A stretch of 63,459 nt of DNA, filler included, from Perkinsus chesapeaki ATCC PRA-425 (taxonomy: Eukaryota > Protista > Perkinsozoa): assembly GCA_013115145.1 (NCBI GenBank). It is 6 parts of 6 records of this genome, joined end to end, with 100 filler letters (N's around TTAATTAATTAA, not from the genome) between each part and the next. Parts side by side here need not be neighbours in the genome. Positions count along the whole stretch, not along the records: positions 1 to 30,536 come from JAAPAO010000435.1; positions 30,637 to 34,779 come from JAAPAO010001314.1; positions 34,880 to 36,042 come from JAAPAO010002137.1; positions 36,143 to 60,321 come from JAAPAO010000549.1; 2 more parts are not named here. One strand, written 5' to 3'. Of the stretch, positions 24,940 through 36,199 are shown in pieces; the first letter of the stretch is position 1, and every line of letters starts with the position of its first letter. The notes under the pieces were generated by a model that did no database searches, was not told where the DNA came from, and saw nothing but the letters and a program-made list of their open reading frames with translations. Both the position numbers and the translations under genes were made by a program.

Positions 24940-26830
24940 TAAAGGTCCATAATCCCCAAAGCATGGGGACGGCATTGCACGTTACTTTGTTGTGTAAGAC
25001 TCCATTACTCACCAATATCCTACTGATCGACTCGCCATTCGAGGAGCCGCCCAATGAGTATATGCCCTCGAATAGCCTTGTACCAGTGACTCAGCAGCTA
25101 GGTTGTCGATCAGAGTCGTTACTTTAGTTACTCATTACACTTCGAATAGTATTACTTACAACACTTTGTTGGTACAATTGCTCGCTACGGCCACTCTCGT
25201 GGTCATTACTGTGTTCCTGTTTTATGTTCGCGTATGACGAAGATGCATCCTTCAACGAGCATTTCTCGTTGCTGTTGTGTTTTCAAGTTCATCAAACGGG
25301 AATACGCGTGGATACGAAAGTCGACACACTGGTCATGCCTGGCAGATCTCACAGTCGAGATGCACATTATGACCCAGGAGTTGAATAATGTTAGAATCAG
25401 CTAATTCGGGCAGAAAGCCTCTGTACTGTTATTGAGGTGTGGCTGATGAAGCGTTCCACATGTAACCGTATAGAGTGCTGCCGCCGAGGTACACTGTATT
25501 GAAACAACCACTCGGGGTCGAGTTTGAGAAGAGCTTGTTGAACCCCACCATCACAAGTGGGCCGTTCGTTTGAAGATCAGTCTTCGTTTTAAACCCAATC
25601 CAACACAATCATTTTCGTTACCACTGTCAATGAAGTCATTAAAAATACATGCTGGGGCTTATACACGTATTGAGTGACATAAGAACTACCAACGAAACAG
25701 CGAATCTGATTGCGGGGCTAGGAGATTCAAACGCATAATGGTTGGCATACACAGATAGACTAGTCTAAGCCATAAACAATCCCACAAACTCGACCATATG
25801 CACACCGCCCGAGGTGGTATGCGACTTTTACGAATCGGATGGATAAATGAAGCGAATGACCTTAATTGCTGCTCGGAAGGTCATATCGTTAATGCGGCAT
25901 GTGCCGGGTAGCATTCGAAGGGTAGCGCCCGCGTCTCTGTGTAGTGTCAGAAAGAACTTTCAATCCAAGGCTTACAAAGGGCGCACACGCCACTGGTTTT
26001 GCCACAAATGCAACGGTCGAATATTTTTTAGCTACAGTGGCGGGCGGAATCACGTGGACCTCATTGAAGTGATGAGGTGATGTATCTAGCTACTGATCAT
26101 ACCTAGAGGGTGTAGAGGGTGCCTATGTTCGAGTTGAACCTCGATGTTAACGCTTCGAATCTGCTTTGACTTACTTTTGATGATGGTCTCCTTTTTGCGG
26201 TACGTTTTTTCAAGCCATGCTAAGTCCTTTCCCTTTCTGACCGTGAAGTTCTAGACTTGGAAATAGGTTAGGTAGATTCAGCGACGGCAAATCACGGCAA
26301 TAAGCCTCACTAGACACGGGTATTAAACCAGGATTAATTATTCTCCTCGCAGTTATTGGCATCGAATCGAAAGTTCCCCACGCACTGCGTGGGGGCCCGC
26401 GTCGAGCAAAACATTGAAACGGGGAAGTCCGTAGACTGTCGAATCAACCAGAGGTGGAGTTAATGGCAAGCAAACCGACGACGTCGGCGACGAGGTCCAC
26501 CAAGCTGCGCTTGCCGAAGAGATGTTTGAAAGGACAGACTCTGTCCGACAGAGTATTGCAGATCAAAGATGCGTCGGTGCCAACTCACCCACTTCTCGGC
26601 GACACAGAGTCTGCGCATGCGTACAAGTTTCATGTCATGCGGCGCCATCGAGTCGATGCCGGTGTCGCCATTGGGGAGCTAAGGATCTCATTAAAGATCC
26701 CATGGAATGATCTCATTGAATGGTGGCACTCCATCTCTGCCTGCTCGTTCCTCGTAGAATCAGAGGTATAAGTAACTAGCACCGGCGACATTCGGTTGCC
26801 GAATTTCGGTATGCAGCGCATACTATGCAC
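24940..26830 (-). CDS. Spliced hypothetical gene antisense to the MFS array
   Basis: Consecutive GT-AG-bounded exon-like frames MKLVRMRRLCVAEKW / VCPFKHLFGKRSLVDLVADVVGLLAINSTS / VYGLPRFNVLLDAGPH / IRSVNIEVQLEHRHPLHPL / HFNEVHVIPPATVAKKYSTVAFV. Confidence 0.4.
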
Positions 26831-26945
26831 GCATGCTCAGATTCCATTTTCAGCATTGGACGCTGTATGCGACCCCATTGCTCGTTTGATAGGATTCAGT
26901 GAGCCTTATTTCCAGGCTTTATTAGGGGTGTATGTTAGTTGAGTA

Positions 26946-28700
26946 ATGACTATTCATTTCCACTCTGGACCTCTCGAGCTCTCTGAATATCAGCGCCTCA
27001 GTCGCTATCAACGGTTGAAGTACAGGATTAGAAATGATCCGAGGAGAGTGGCCGAGCTTTGTTTGTTATTCTCTATTCTCTTTGTTGAATGGTTGGGGGC
27101 AACTATGGTTGCTCCGTTAACACCCTGGTGAGGAACTCCATGGAGGAGTCTTAATAGCTTTTGACCTTCCTTTTTTACCAGGTTAATAGCCGACTTGGCC
27201 CCTACAATGAATGAAGGCGCCGCCGCTGCTATTCTAATGTCATCTTATATAGCAGGAACTTTTGTTAGCTCGTTGATAAGTGGGCCTTTGTCCGACAGGT
27301 GAGCTTAAAATAAATCTCGCATTTCATATCTCAGCGTGCTTCAGGATCGGTCGACGACCTGTCTTCATTGGGGGTTTGATCATATATACAACTAGCTTCT
27401 TCCTTGTTGCTAATGCATGGAACATAGACAGTTTTGCATCATTTAGAGCTCTGAGTGGTCTAGCAACAGGGCTGAGACCAGTTATGATAGCTTACTTATC
27501 TGAGACAAGCCTCCACGATGATATGCCATTTTATGGTATGATAATGTCTACTGTTGTTAGCCTAGGAGTTAGCCTTGGTCCCGTAGTAGGTAAGTAGTGG
27601 GCAAGCTACAGCCTACCATGCGTGCTGTTGATAGGTGGTGCTTTGGCACTTTGGAAGCTTCGGTCACCGTTTTATGTATCTGGGATAGTTTCAGCCCTTT
27701 TGCTTATTGCTGTTTGCTGTATCCTTAGAGAGACACGCTCCAAACAGACTGGATTGGCCACCAGTGCATCTCTAACACCCAATAGTAAGAATATCTTTTA
27801 TTGGACCTCTCATTGCAGCTACTGATTGTCCCAGATTCTAATACATCCACAGTAAGGGCATTACTGATAGCAGCAGTCGCAGCAGTATCTTTAGGCTCAT
27901 TGTGTTCATCGTACGACGTTCCTTTTACTGTTTCATCTTTGTCATTTAGCTACTTGAACACAGCATGGACCACTATTTTTGGATTGCTCGCTCCAGAATG
28001 GTATGGTCTAGATTCGGCAGCAAGTGGAATCGCGCTAGGTATTCAAGGATTGTTCGTCCTCGTAATTGGTGTGGCTTATATTTATATGATAAGTAATATT
28101 CGCAAGTTACTGTAGCATTAAATCAATATTGCTTTCAGAGATACTTGAACCCGCATTAATAGGAGCCCTTGGTTACAGCATTAGTTGCTTATTAATAATA
28201 GTCCCTTTTATTCATCAACTCTACATCACTATTGCTCTTGGAGTTTGTTGTTTCATTGGCTGTAAGTCCTGTTATTCAGTCCCTTCCCTGATTGCTGTGC
28301 TAGGCTCCCTATTTTTCTCTTGAGTGGCCTACTACATGGCTGTAATATCTCCCCCACGTAAAAGAGGTCTCATTAGCTCAATAGTGATGTGCTCTTCTAA
28401 CCTGGGTAATCGCTCTATTAACGATGTCATCGATCAGTGCCATTTCAGGCAGCGTTTGTGGGCCGTTGATCAGCGGCGTGCTGTATGATGACGATCCCCA
28501 TCGGCACGCCTACCCGTTCTACGCAATTCTGGCAATTTCATTGACTGGAGCCATATCATGTAGGAAAGAGTGCGTATCGATCTTCAGGGTGTGTGAACCT
28601 ATAGCTTAAGATCATTCAATCATCTTGGTCGTCGGGGATTGCGTGTCTGTATCCTGCGGCGGTTATGTTGGTCCGTTATCCCAACTTATTAATATTCCTG
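26946..28700 (+). CDS. MFS transporter, DHA1/TetA-like (paralogue 3), spliced
   Basis: SGPLELSEY...RNDPRRVAEL...VEWLGATMVAPLTPW; IGRRPVFIGG; FASFRALSG; GVSLGPVVG. The 3' end is approximate. Confidence 0.88.
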
Positions 28701-28929
28701 GCTATTTCAGGTATTGTTATCCATCGAACAGTGCGTTCTTTCGTGAGGCAGCACTAACGAACGACTCTTCTTTCGCCGCTTTTCGTAGCAGCTGTGTTTT
28801 TAGGTTTAGTCTGTTAAAGCTCGCTCTCCCTGAGTATCACACAAAAAGAGTCCTCATTTCATGTATTTTGATGTTCTGTTCTTCATAGGCTATTAGCTTA
28901 CCATGTTAAGCGTTATTATCATTATCACT

Positions 28930-30445
28930 ATGCTGAATACCCACAAGGGTCCTTTACCCGTTGAGGAATATTACTCCCTTGGTCATTGGCGAAGATTTCG
29001 TTATAGTATTATCCATCATCCGAGAAGAGTAGCAGAGGTTTCACTGCTGTATATAGCAGTTTTTGTTGAATGGATGGGTTTAACCCTAGTAGCTCCATTA
29101 ACTCCATGGTGAGGTTCTCTCTTTCTCTTCTCTACTCATCATAATCATCCCCATCAAGGTTCATCCAGCATCTGAGCCCAGGCATGGATCCGGGTAAAGC
29201 AGCGTCAACAATGATAGCTGCATACGCTGCTGGAACTACTATAGGATCTCTTATATCCGGTTCAATCTCTGATAAGTGAGTAGCAGGATACCTTCTGATC
29301 CCTTGGAGTCTCATTAGGGTTGGACGCCGCCCTGTCTTCTTGATTGGCCTGTTTCTGTATGCTGTTTCATATTTCCTTGCTGCTAATGCATGGGATCTTG
29401 CCAGCTTTGCTGGCTTCCGCGCCCTTGCCGGCTTCTCTGCAGGTATGACTCGGGATCCGTCGTCCGTTGTACAATTGCTATGGTCTCAGGCACCCGACCA
29501 GTTTTCATGGCTTTTTTAGGGGATACTTGCCATCCCAAAGACTTGACGTTCTATGGTATGCTATTGTCGGTAGCAGTTAATGGTGGCATGTGCATTGGGC
29601 CAATTCTAGGTTGGTTATTTTTGTGTCTTGAGGTTACTATGTAACTTCAGGTGGTGCCCTTGCTCTCTTGAACCTTACTTTTCCGCTTTACCTTTTTGGT
29701 GGCATAGCTTCCCTTATATTTGTGTTGCTGTTATTCCTTCTACGAGAATCACGAAGGCCACTTAATAAGAATGGTCAACCCGACAGTCTGGCAGGTAAGG
29801 GTCACTGACAATCCATCAACACTTGTATCTTCTATTCCCAGTATTATCAATGTATGTTGCAGGTGTTTTACCATCTTCCTTTTCAGATCCTCCAGTCCGC
29901 GAAGAACGTAATAAATGGATGATACCCACAATCCTCTGTCTGGCGCTTATATCGCTTTCTATTCAGTGCGTCATAATAATATCCTCCAATACTTCATGAG
30001 GCTTTCTTCTTTATTCTATACCTGTGATTGCCTTAGCTTTAGGTACCTCTTTACAGGTTGGTCAACTGTATTTGGCGTCCTCGGCGTTGAAAGATATAAT
30101 CTTAACTCAGCTGAGAATGGGCTGGTGTTCGGTATTGCTGGAATTGCGATGATATTAGTTAGTTTGTTATATGTCCCCCTTACAAGTAAGAGTAGCTTCC
30201 TAGTACCTAACTCCTACTCTGTTATTTTTAGGATACGTGCTCAATCCAGCTTTAACAGGTGCAGTTGGAATGGCTATTTCTACTCTTCTTGTCATTGAAC
30301 CTTTCCTCTATAACATATACTGGGCCACAGCTGTCGGCACAGTTGTTGGAATTGGATGTAAGTTGACGTTGCTCCGTATTTTCAGTAGCTATGTATAGAA
30401 TATCAATCAAAATTTTCATATTCAACTGTCCACTAGCAGGTGGCT
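28930..30445 (+). CDS. MFS transporter paralogue 4, 3'-truncated or disrupted near the contig end
   Basis: HKGPLPVEEY...HHPRRVAEV...VEWMGLTLVAPLTPW with the same exon structure. Homology stops just after the exon start at 30440 and the frame ends in EAHITREIP*. Confidence 0.8.
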
Positions 30446-30536
30446 TTGAAGCACACATCACCAGGGAAATCCCATAGACGCTGGGGTTGGGAGAGGCGCT
30501 GCAATCACCTGGTGACAGCTGTAGCTAGAACCGTTG

Positions 30537-30636
30537 NNNNNNNNNNNNNNNNNNNNNNNNNNNNNNNNNNNNNNNNNNNNTTAATTAATTAANNNNNNNN
30601 NNNNNNNNNNNNNNNNNNNNNNNNNNNNNNNNNNNN
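30537..30636. other. Artificial contig linker (N44-TTAATTAATTAA-N44)
   Basis: Six-frame stop spacer flanked by Ns; identical at five places. Confidence 0.99.
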
Positions 30637-31300
30637 TTCTTCCGACATCTAAATGTGACACAAAATCACAATGGTTCGCGTAACAGAATTGAAGTCGTGA
30701 CGCGAGACCTACTATGGGGTTAGACTGTGAACAGCCTTCCAGCTCAAGTATATACCATAGTCTCGACTCAACCCTACTACGGGTTGAGTCGAGCCTTACT
30801 ATGCTTCTGCATAGAGAATGTATCTGAGAATTAAGCACAAATGCAAGGAACACAAATTGTGGTCCACAATCGTCAATACAACGCAGTCAATATACACTAC
30901 GTATTACTGTCATGGCTGGTTGGCGTTGTAAGTCTCAGACTCTGACACTCACCCTGACGCTGACTCGACGGTCTTCCGAGTGAATCTGTGGAATGAATTG
31001 AGATGCCGATCAACTCAAACGTGAGGCACTACCCCTCAAGTAGGCAGCAGCCTCAGCTTGGGTCATGCTTTCAGGCAACGAGGAACTGGGTCGGGCAGAG
31101 TTGTCGACTTCGACCGAATAACCTACATGAGAACGGAGTAGCCTTCAGCAAGCAACTGAAAGCCTTTCGAACACTACTTGAGGCGACCGGTTCGACGGAG
31201 GGATGGCTGGTAGCAGGGGAGGAGATAGGCACACCGAAGGAAGCTGTACCTGGCTATATATGTATATATATCAAGTGGATTTCGGAACGAGCAACCCCAA

Positions 31301-34171
31301 CTACAGTAGCTGAACCTTACCTGGCGTGGCAGCCCTAGTGTATGGAGTGTTCTCTTTCCGCAGGGCTGCAGCAGCCTTAATATCAGTGTCCCGACGCCTC
31401 AGGGGGTTGGCATTCTTAGTCGTCGGTCTACCAGGCCAACGCACTGTTGGGTATCGTACGAGCCCTGCGTAAATGCTCGAATTGGCAGCACGGTAATCGT
31501 GCTGCACAGGTTGATGCGGTTGGTTGGACGGAGCAGAACCCGCAAAACTGCTGTCTCCTGTGCTATCTGCTGTGGAGCCATGCATCCCAAATGTAAAACA
31601 AGTAGGTGAGTCAGCAGACGCCGAAGATGTAGGCGCAGTAGAAGGACCAGCAGGCACCCCCTCCTGCGAAGTCGTGAGGACCGGACCAGCGCCATAAGAA
31701 CCAGCGATTAAGATATGTGAGCACTGATTGTACGAAGTATAGGAAGCACAAGAGCATTCCAGAGTCTCTCCTGGGCTGCTAACAATAATATGCAGCTGCA
31801 GGATGTGAGATTCGAAGTCGTCAATGGACATGCTATGAGCATCCAGTGACGAAGGATTCATAGCCACGTCTACCCGGCGTTGAGCCTGTTCGAGCGTCGT
31901 AGGCTGAGTTCTCTTTGAACTGCTGACAACAGACACCCTGATGCCCCTCGACGCCAGAGGAGTTTCAACCGGGTAGTAGATCGACGAGTTACTTGCAGCA
32001 GCTTCCGCCACTCGCCATCGGGCTTTCTTGTACATCGCCTCTATTGGCAACCGCATGGAACCTTTAGTCTTAGGTGTAATACGCGCTTGTAGTGAAGTTT
32101 CTCCGTGACTTGATAGAAAACGGGCCAGCCTTCCTACTAGCCCATCTTCCCCGCCTATGTTGCTAGCACGGGAAGGATTTGCCTGGGTGGTGAAGTTTGC
32201 CAGGCGGGAGTAGTAGCTCTCGTTCACGTTGTTGAAGCTGGGTTCGCAGCCTTTAAGTGGAGAATGAGTTGGAGTGCCATCTGCAGCCAGAATTGCTGTT
32301 TCCAGCGGGCAACGGTGGTGAAAGAAGCCAAAGCTAGTATAGTTTGTTATCCACGATGAGGTAAGCGTATTATGTACACTCTCGCCGTACTTAACCTTGA
32401 TGTGGTCCAAACAGAGAGTCACGAGCGCCCTATATATATGTAGACCAGCACACTGGTAGAATAAGCCGATAAAACGATCAATTGTTTTACGATACTCAGC
32501 CCTGGAACCTGTAATTTTAGTGCAGGGTTTCTTTCCACACTCAGTTGCATGATAAGAGCAACGTAGCGTGTGCACATGGCCGCCCATGGACTCTCTTACA
32601 CCCACCACTAGCCCGGGTGAACTATCTGTTACACACCGCGCAGGGTGTATATGTCCGTTCGGATGAAAGATACGGGCGATGCGCTTGAGCTGCTCCAGCA
32701 GGAACGACGTGGCAAAAGTAGTCTCCGACACCGATAGACAGGTTAGTAAAGGTGCATAACTGAACCCGTATTTGTTTCCTTTTTGCAGAGAAACATGTGT
32801 TAGACCAGCGGTTAGGATACAGGGTCCACCACGACAGGATCGATAATGGCCATCCAAAGAGAGCGTATAACCAAAGTTGGATTTGATGGAGCTTGGTGGA
32901 GGTATTGGAGATTCACTACAACCGAGGGCATTATATATATTAACTAGTCCACACTTTGAGGTGATAATGACAACGGGTACATCTTTAACGTGTCGGCCTG
33001 ACCCAGACTGACCGATCCCCGAGGCAATTAAATACAGCTCTCCCAAAAGGGGTCGCTCGTGGCGGGAAATGAAGGGTGTATCATGGAGATCTCGTGCGAT
33101 ATGTTGTAGGTTAGTGTCACCATTAGTATCACTTAAATCGAAGAACTCCCTAGCCAGGACCTCACTGACTAATTCACCGAGTGTTACAACCTTCTGTGTC
33201 GCTGATTCTCTCACATATTTCCGCTTATTTATTAGTTTCTTTCTCAAGAACTCACTGCCGTTCTTCTGAGCCGTGTCAGTTGAGGCATCAACCACTGCGT
33301 TACCGGAACTGTTGATGGTGGCGCCTCCCACCAGCCTCGTGAAAGAATCCCAATTAGAGCCGAGTGCGGTTTTTACCTAAACGATATAGTCAGCTGTGAT
33401 GACCCTATGAGGATCAGACTGATCCTGTAGTACTGATCCGATCAGTAGCAACTGGCGGTTAGTAAATAGGACAACTCACTTCAGAGAACGCGCGAGAGGG
33501 TGTCTGGTTCTTCACAGCCTCGTTAATCTGGTTGTGTACATTGTAGGGCACTCTAAGTTTCCCGGACGCAGTGACGGCAGGTAGGGTTGAGTGGCCGGCC
33601 TTAGTGAAATATATGTCACCCTTGTTGGGGGGAGAGAATATAATTTTTACCTGATATAACGAACAGCTGGTAATGAACTTGCGTAGTAGTGAGACCTGCC
33701 CAGCCGTATGGTAGTGAGTTAACGCTGGAAGATTTGAAATTGAAGTACTACATTTCGATTTGACAAATCGAGGAATGATCGAAAAGTTAAAATGATGAAG
33801 TTGTTCAGCACGCACTGACGAGCCCTGAGTTTGAATTGATAGTGTGGATTGTATGCAGTACCATGTGAAGTAGGTGGCTTTATACCACGCAGTGTGAAAT
33901 TCGTCGTCGACGACGTAGGAGAGAAAGAAACGTGGAACCACCCGACTACTTTGAAAGGGCATTCACGATGTGAATTGCACCGGAATGTCTTGTACACCAC
34001 TGTAGCATTGGAACGACTAGACTCGTAGGAGCCTAGTAGACAGGTTGATATCTGCTGAAGAGTCTCCTTAAGATGAGTAGGCCAAAAGTCTTTGACCGTA
34101 GGGCCAGGAGAGCACTCAATGCGTATGTTGGCCGCCTTATATTCCGTCTTCGGGTTGTTGGCAGCAGCCAT
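31301..34171 (-). mobile_element. Mutator-like (MULE) DDE transposase with SWIM finger; 5' part spliced
   Basis: The 676-aa ORF has SLDGHY (D1), CVTDSSPGL (D2), RCSYH (CxxH), NNVNESYYSRL (E) and CSCASYTSYNQCSH (SWIM). Upstream exons from ATG 34171 include YKTFRCNSHRECPFKV (zinc-finger/WRKY-GCM-like). Intron 33377-33479 joins in frame (RAFSE/VKTALG). Confidence 0.85.
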
Positions 34172-34779
34172 GGATAAGCAATAAAAGGACTACTATATAA
34201 TAAAAACTTGAGTAATGTTACATCACTATGGTGACAAGACGGAGGCGTAACCACATTCTGTAGAATCTGTAGAGAATCAGTGAAATCGGAGGGTCAACTC
34301 ACTGAGTGAGTTGATTGCCTGAGCATTTACTCAAACTCAGCCCCCGAATGATTATCAGCATCCGCATACGAGCCCAGAACTAGATTGCAGTTTATTCTTG
34401 AACTTTACCAATGACAAAGATATGAGAATTCCTGCGAATAATTCGCAGCGAATCGACTATGGGATCGCCCTTTACGCGTGCCCTTAGCTCATTCGCACAA
34501 AAAGCGCCACGCCTGCCGACGGCTATAAGAACTGATCTTGATGCAAGGAAACGCAAACCTGTAGCCAAACACAATGGACTCATATAGGAAGTATCAGCTG
34601 CAGAGCTACAGATGACGAAAGGAGAAGAAGTACAGAACCCCCTCACCACAAATTTGTATCAGTACAGCTGCTGAATTTCGCCGTCTGCCTCTCCGTTTCA
34701 AACGGACCGTTTGGTTCAAGAGGATAAACTTCCTTCTTTGCGAGGTCATAGTTTTGCGAGGTCATAGTTGCCATTGTGT

Positions 34780-34879
34780 NNNNNNNNNNNNNNNNNNNNN
34801 NNNNNNNNNNNNNNNNNNNNNNNTTAATTAATTAANNNNNNNNNNNNNNNNNNNNNNNNNNNNNNNNNNNNNNNNNNNN
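34780..34879. other. Artificial contig linker
   Basis: N44-TTAATTAATTAA-N44. Confidence 0.99.
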
Positions 34880-35950
34880 AAACAAAAGCTCATACCATTA
34901 GCCTCAGTTTGAGGCCGTCAAAGCATGTGAGTCAGGTTCTGACTGCCAGAAAGCAATCTGCTATACGGCTCCAATAGTATGATAAACTCGCTGAGGGACT
35001 TGGGTGGTGTGAAGTTCTCTACTAGTTTAGTCATAGAGTTCTCTCCACTCGAATATCATTTTCCAACTCGGTAAGCTCGAGGTTGAACTCCTCGGCGAGA
35101 CTCTTTGCGCGAGACAAACTCGAGGAAATGGGGTGAGCCAGGACTCAGCGCATAAATGCCTTTGAATGACACTGTAAAGTCTTTACCGAATCGATTGGCA
35201 AGTTCGCCTCTGACGGCAATGACAGCAGCAGAGAGATGCAGCTAAGTACGGAAGTCGTATAGCACTCAGAGTCACCAACCCCGTCGCTGCTCATTGATTC
35301 GGTTAGAAGTAGGGAGAGGCGACCAAGCACGTCTACAGATCGGTTAGCACCGCTTCTTGCATTTATGCTTGCAGCTATAGCGAGGGTGAAGCGATGTGCA
35401 AAGCAGTGGGCGAACAAACGCTCTGTGTTCGTTCACGCAACCGTTGTTGAACGGCCAAGATTACACCCGGGAAGGTTAAAGGACCATCATAAGACTGAGA
35501 GACGCTGTTTCCCAGTGGTCGAGACATACCCTCTAAGACACCAACAATGGCATCTGTCACAGCCGCCGCGTCTAGTTCAGCTACATGGGAGAAACCAACG
35601 AGAACCGAGAAACCGTCCCGAACCTTCGGGTTAGGGACGGCTTGTGCCCGTTTGTTGCAGCTTGTGCCCTGAATTTCCCATGCCCGACCCTTGCCCAGGA
35701 CGCTTCCTCGACGCGAGAAAGGTATCCATGTTTGCTTGCTTAAACGTGATTGAAATAACCGCTGATACAAGCACGGCACCATCAATCTACTACCACAGAG
35801 AGAGCTGCACCGAAGTCCGAATTGGTTACTCTACGTACCCTTTCGCTGTCGCTAGCTCTTACAACCTAGCTGACTCTGCTTTGGCGGACAATCAACAACC
35901 GGTCGAAAGAACTTTACTCCGCGGCTTCCTTGATAGAGTGTCATCGGTGT
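34880..35950 (-). pseudogene. Degenerate hAT-superfamily (ZMYM1/DUF4371-like) transposase
   Basis: ELDAAAVTDAIVGVLEGMSRPLGNSVSQSYDG, then in a shifted frame FAHCFAHRFTLAIAAS (hAT QxYDG...HCxAHxLNL signature). Frameshifts and stops are present. Confidence 0.7.
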
Positions 35951-36042
35951 GACCCTAAACTCTTTTAACTATACCAAACATCATCAGTATTACTGATTCA
36001 CTAACACCCGATTCCCAACCGCAGATTACGTTTACCAACGCT

Positions 36043-36142
36043 NNNNNNNNNNNNNNNNNNNNNNNNNNNNNNNNNNNNNNNNNNNNTTAATTAATTAANN
36101 NNNNNNNNNNNNNNNNNNNNNNNNNNNNNNNNNNNNNNNNNN
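36043..36142. other. Artificial contig linker
   Basis: N44-TTAATTAATTAA-N44. Confidence 0.99.
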
Positions 36143-36199
36143 ATAGAACTCAATATAAGTTCCCTAGAGAACTCAGTGTAAGTTCACCTAATTTATAGG

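Noticed and set aside
30581-30592. TTAATTAATTAA repeated five times in N-runs
   Set aside because: Synthetic six-frame-stop contig spacer. ORFs ending in XXXLIN and gene neighbourhoods across it are artefacts.
30637-34779. Long terminal inverted repeats of the MULE
   Set aside because: Only an 8-bp CACAATGG match exists between the contig ends. The true termini probably lie outside the contig.
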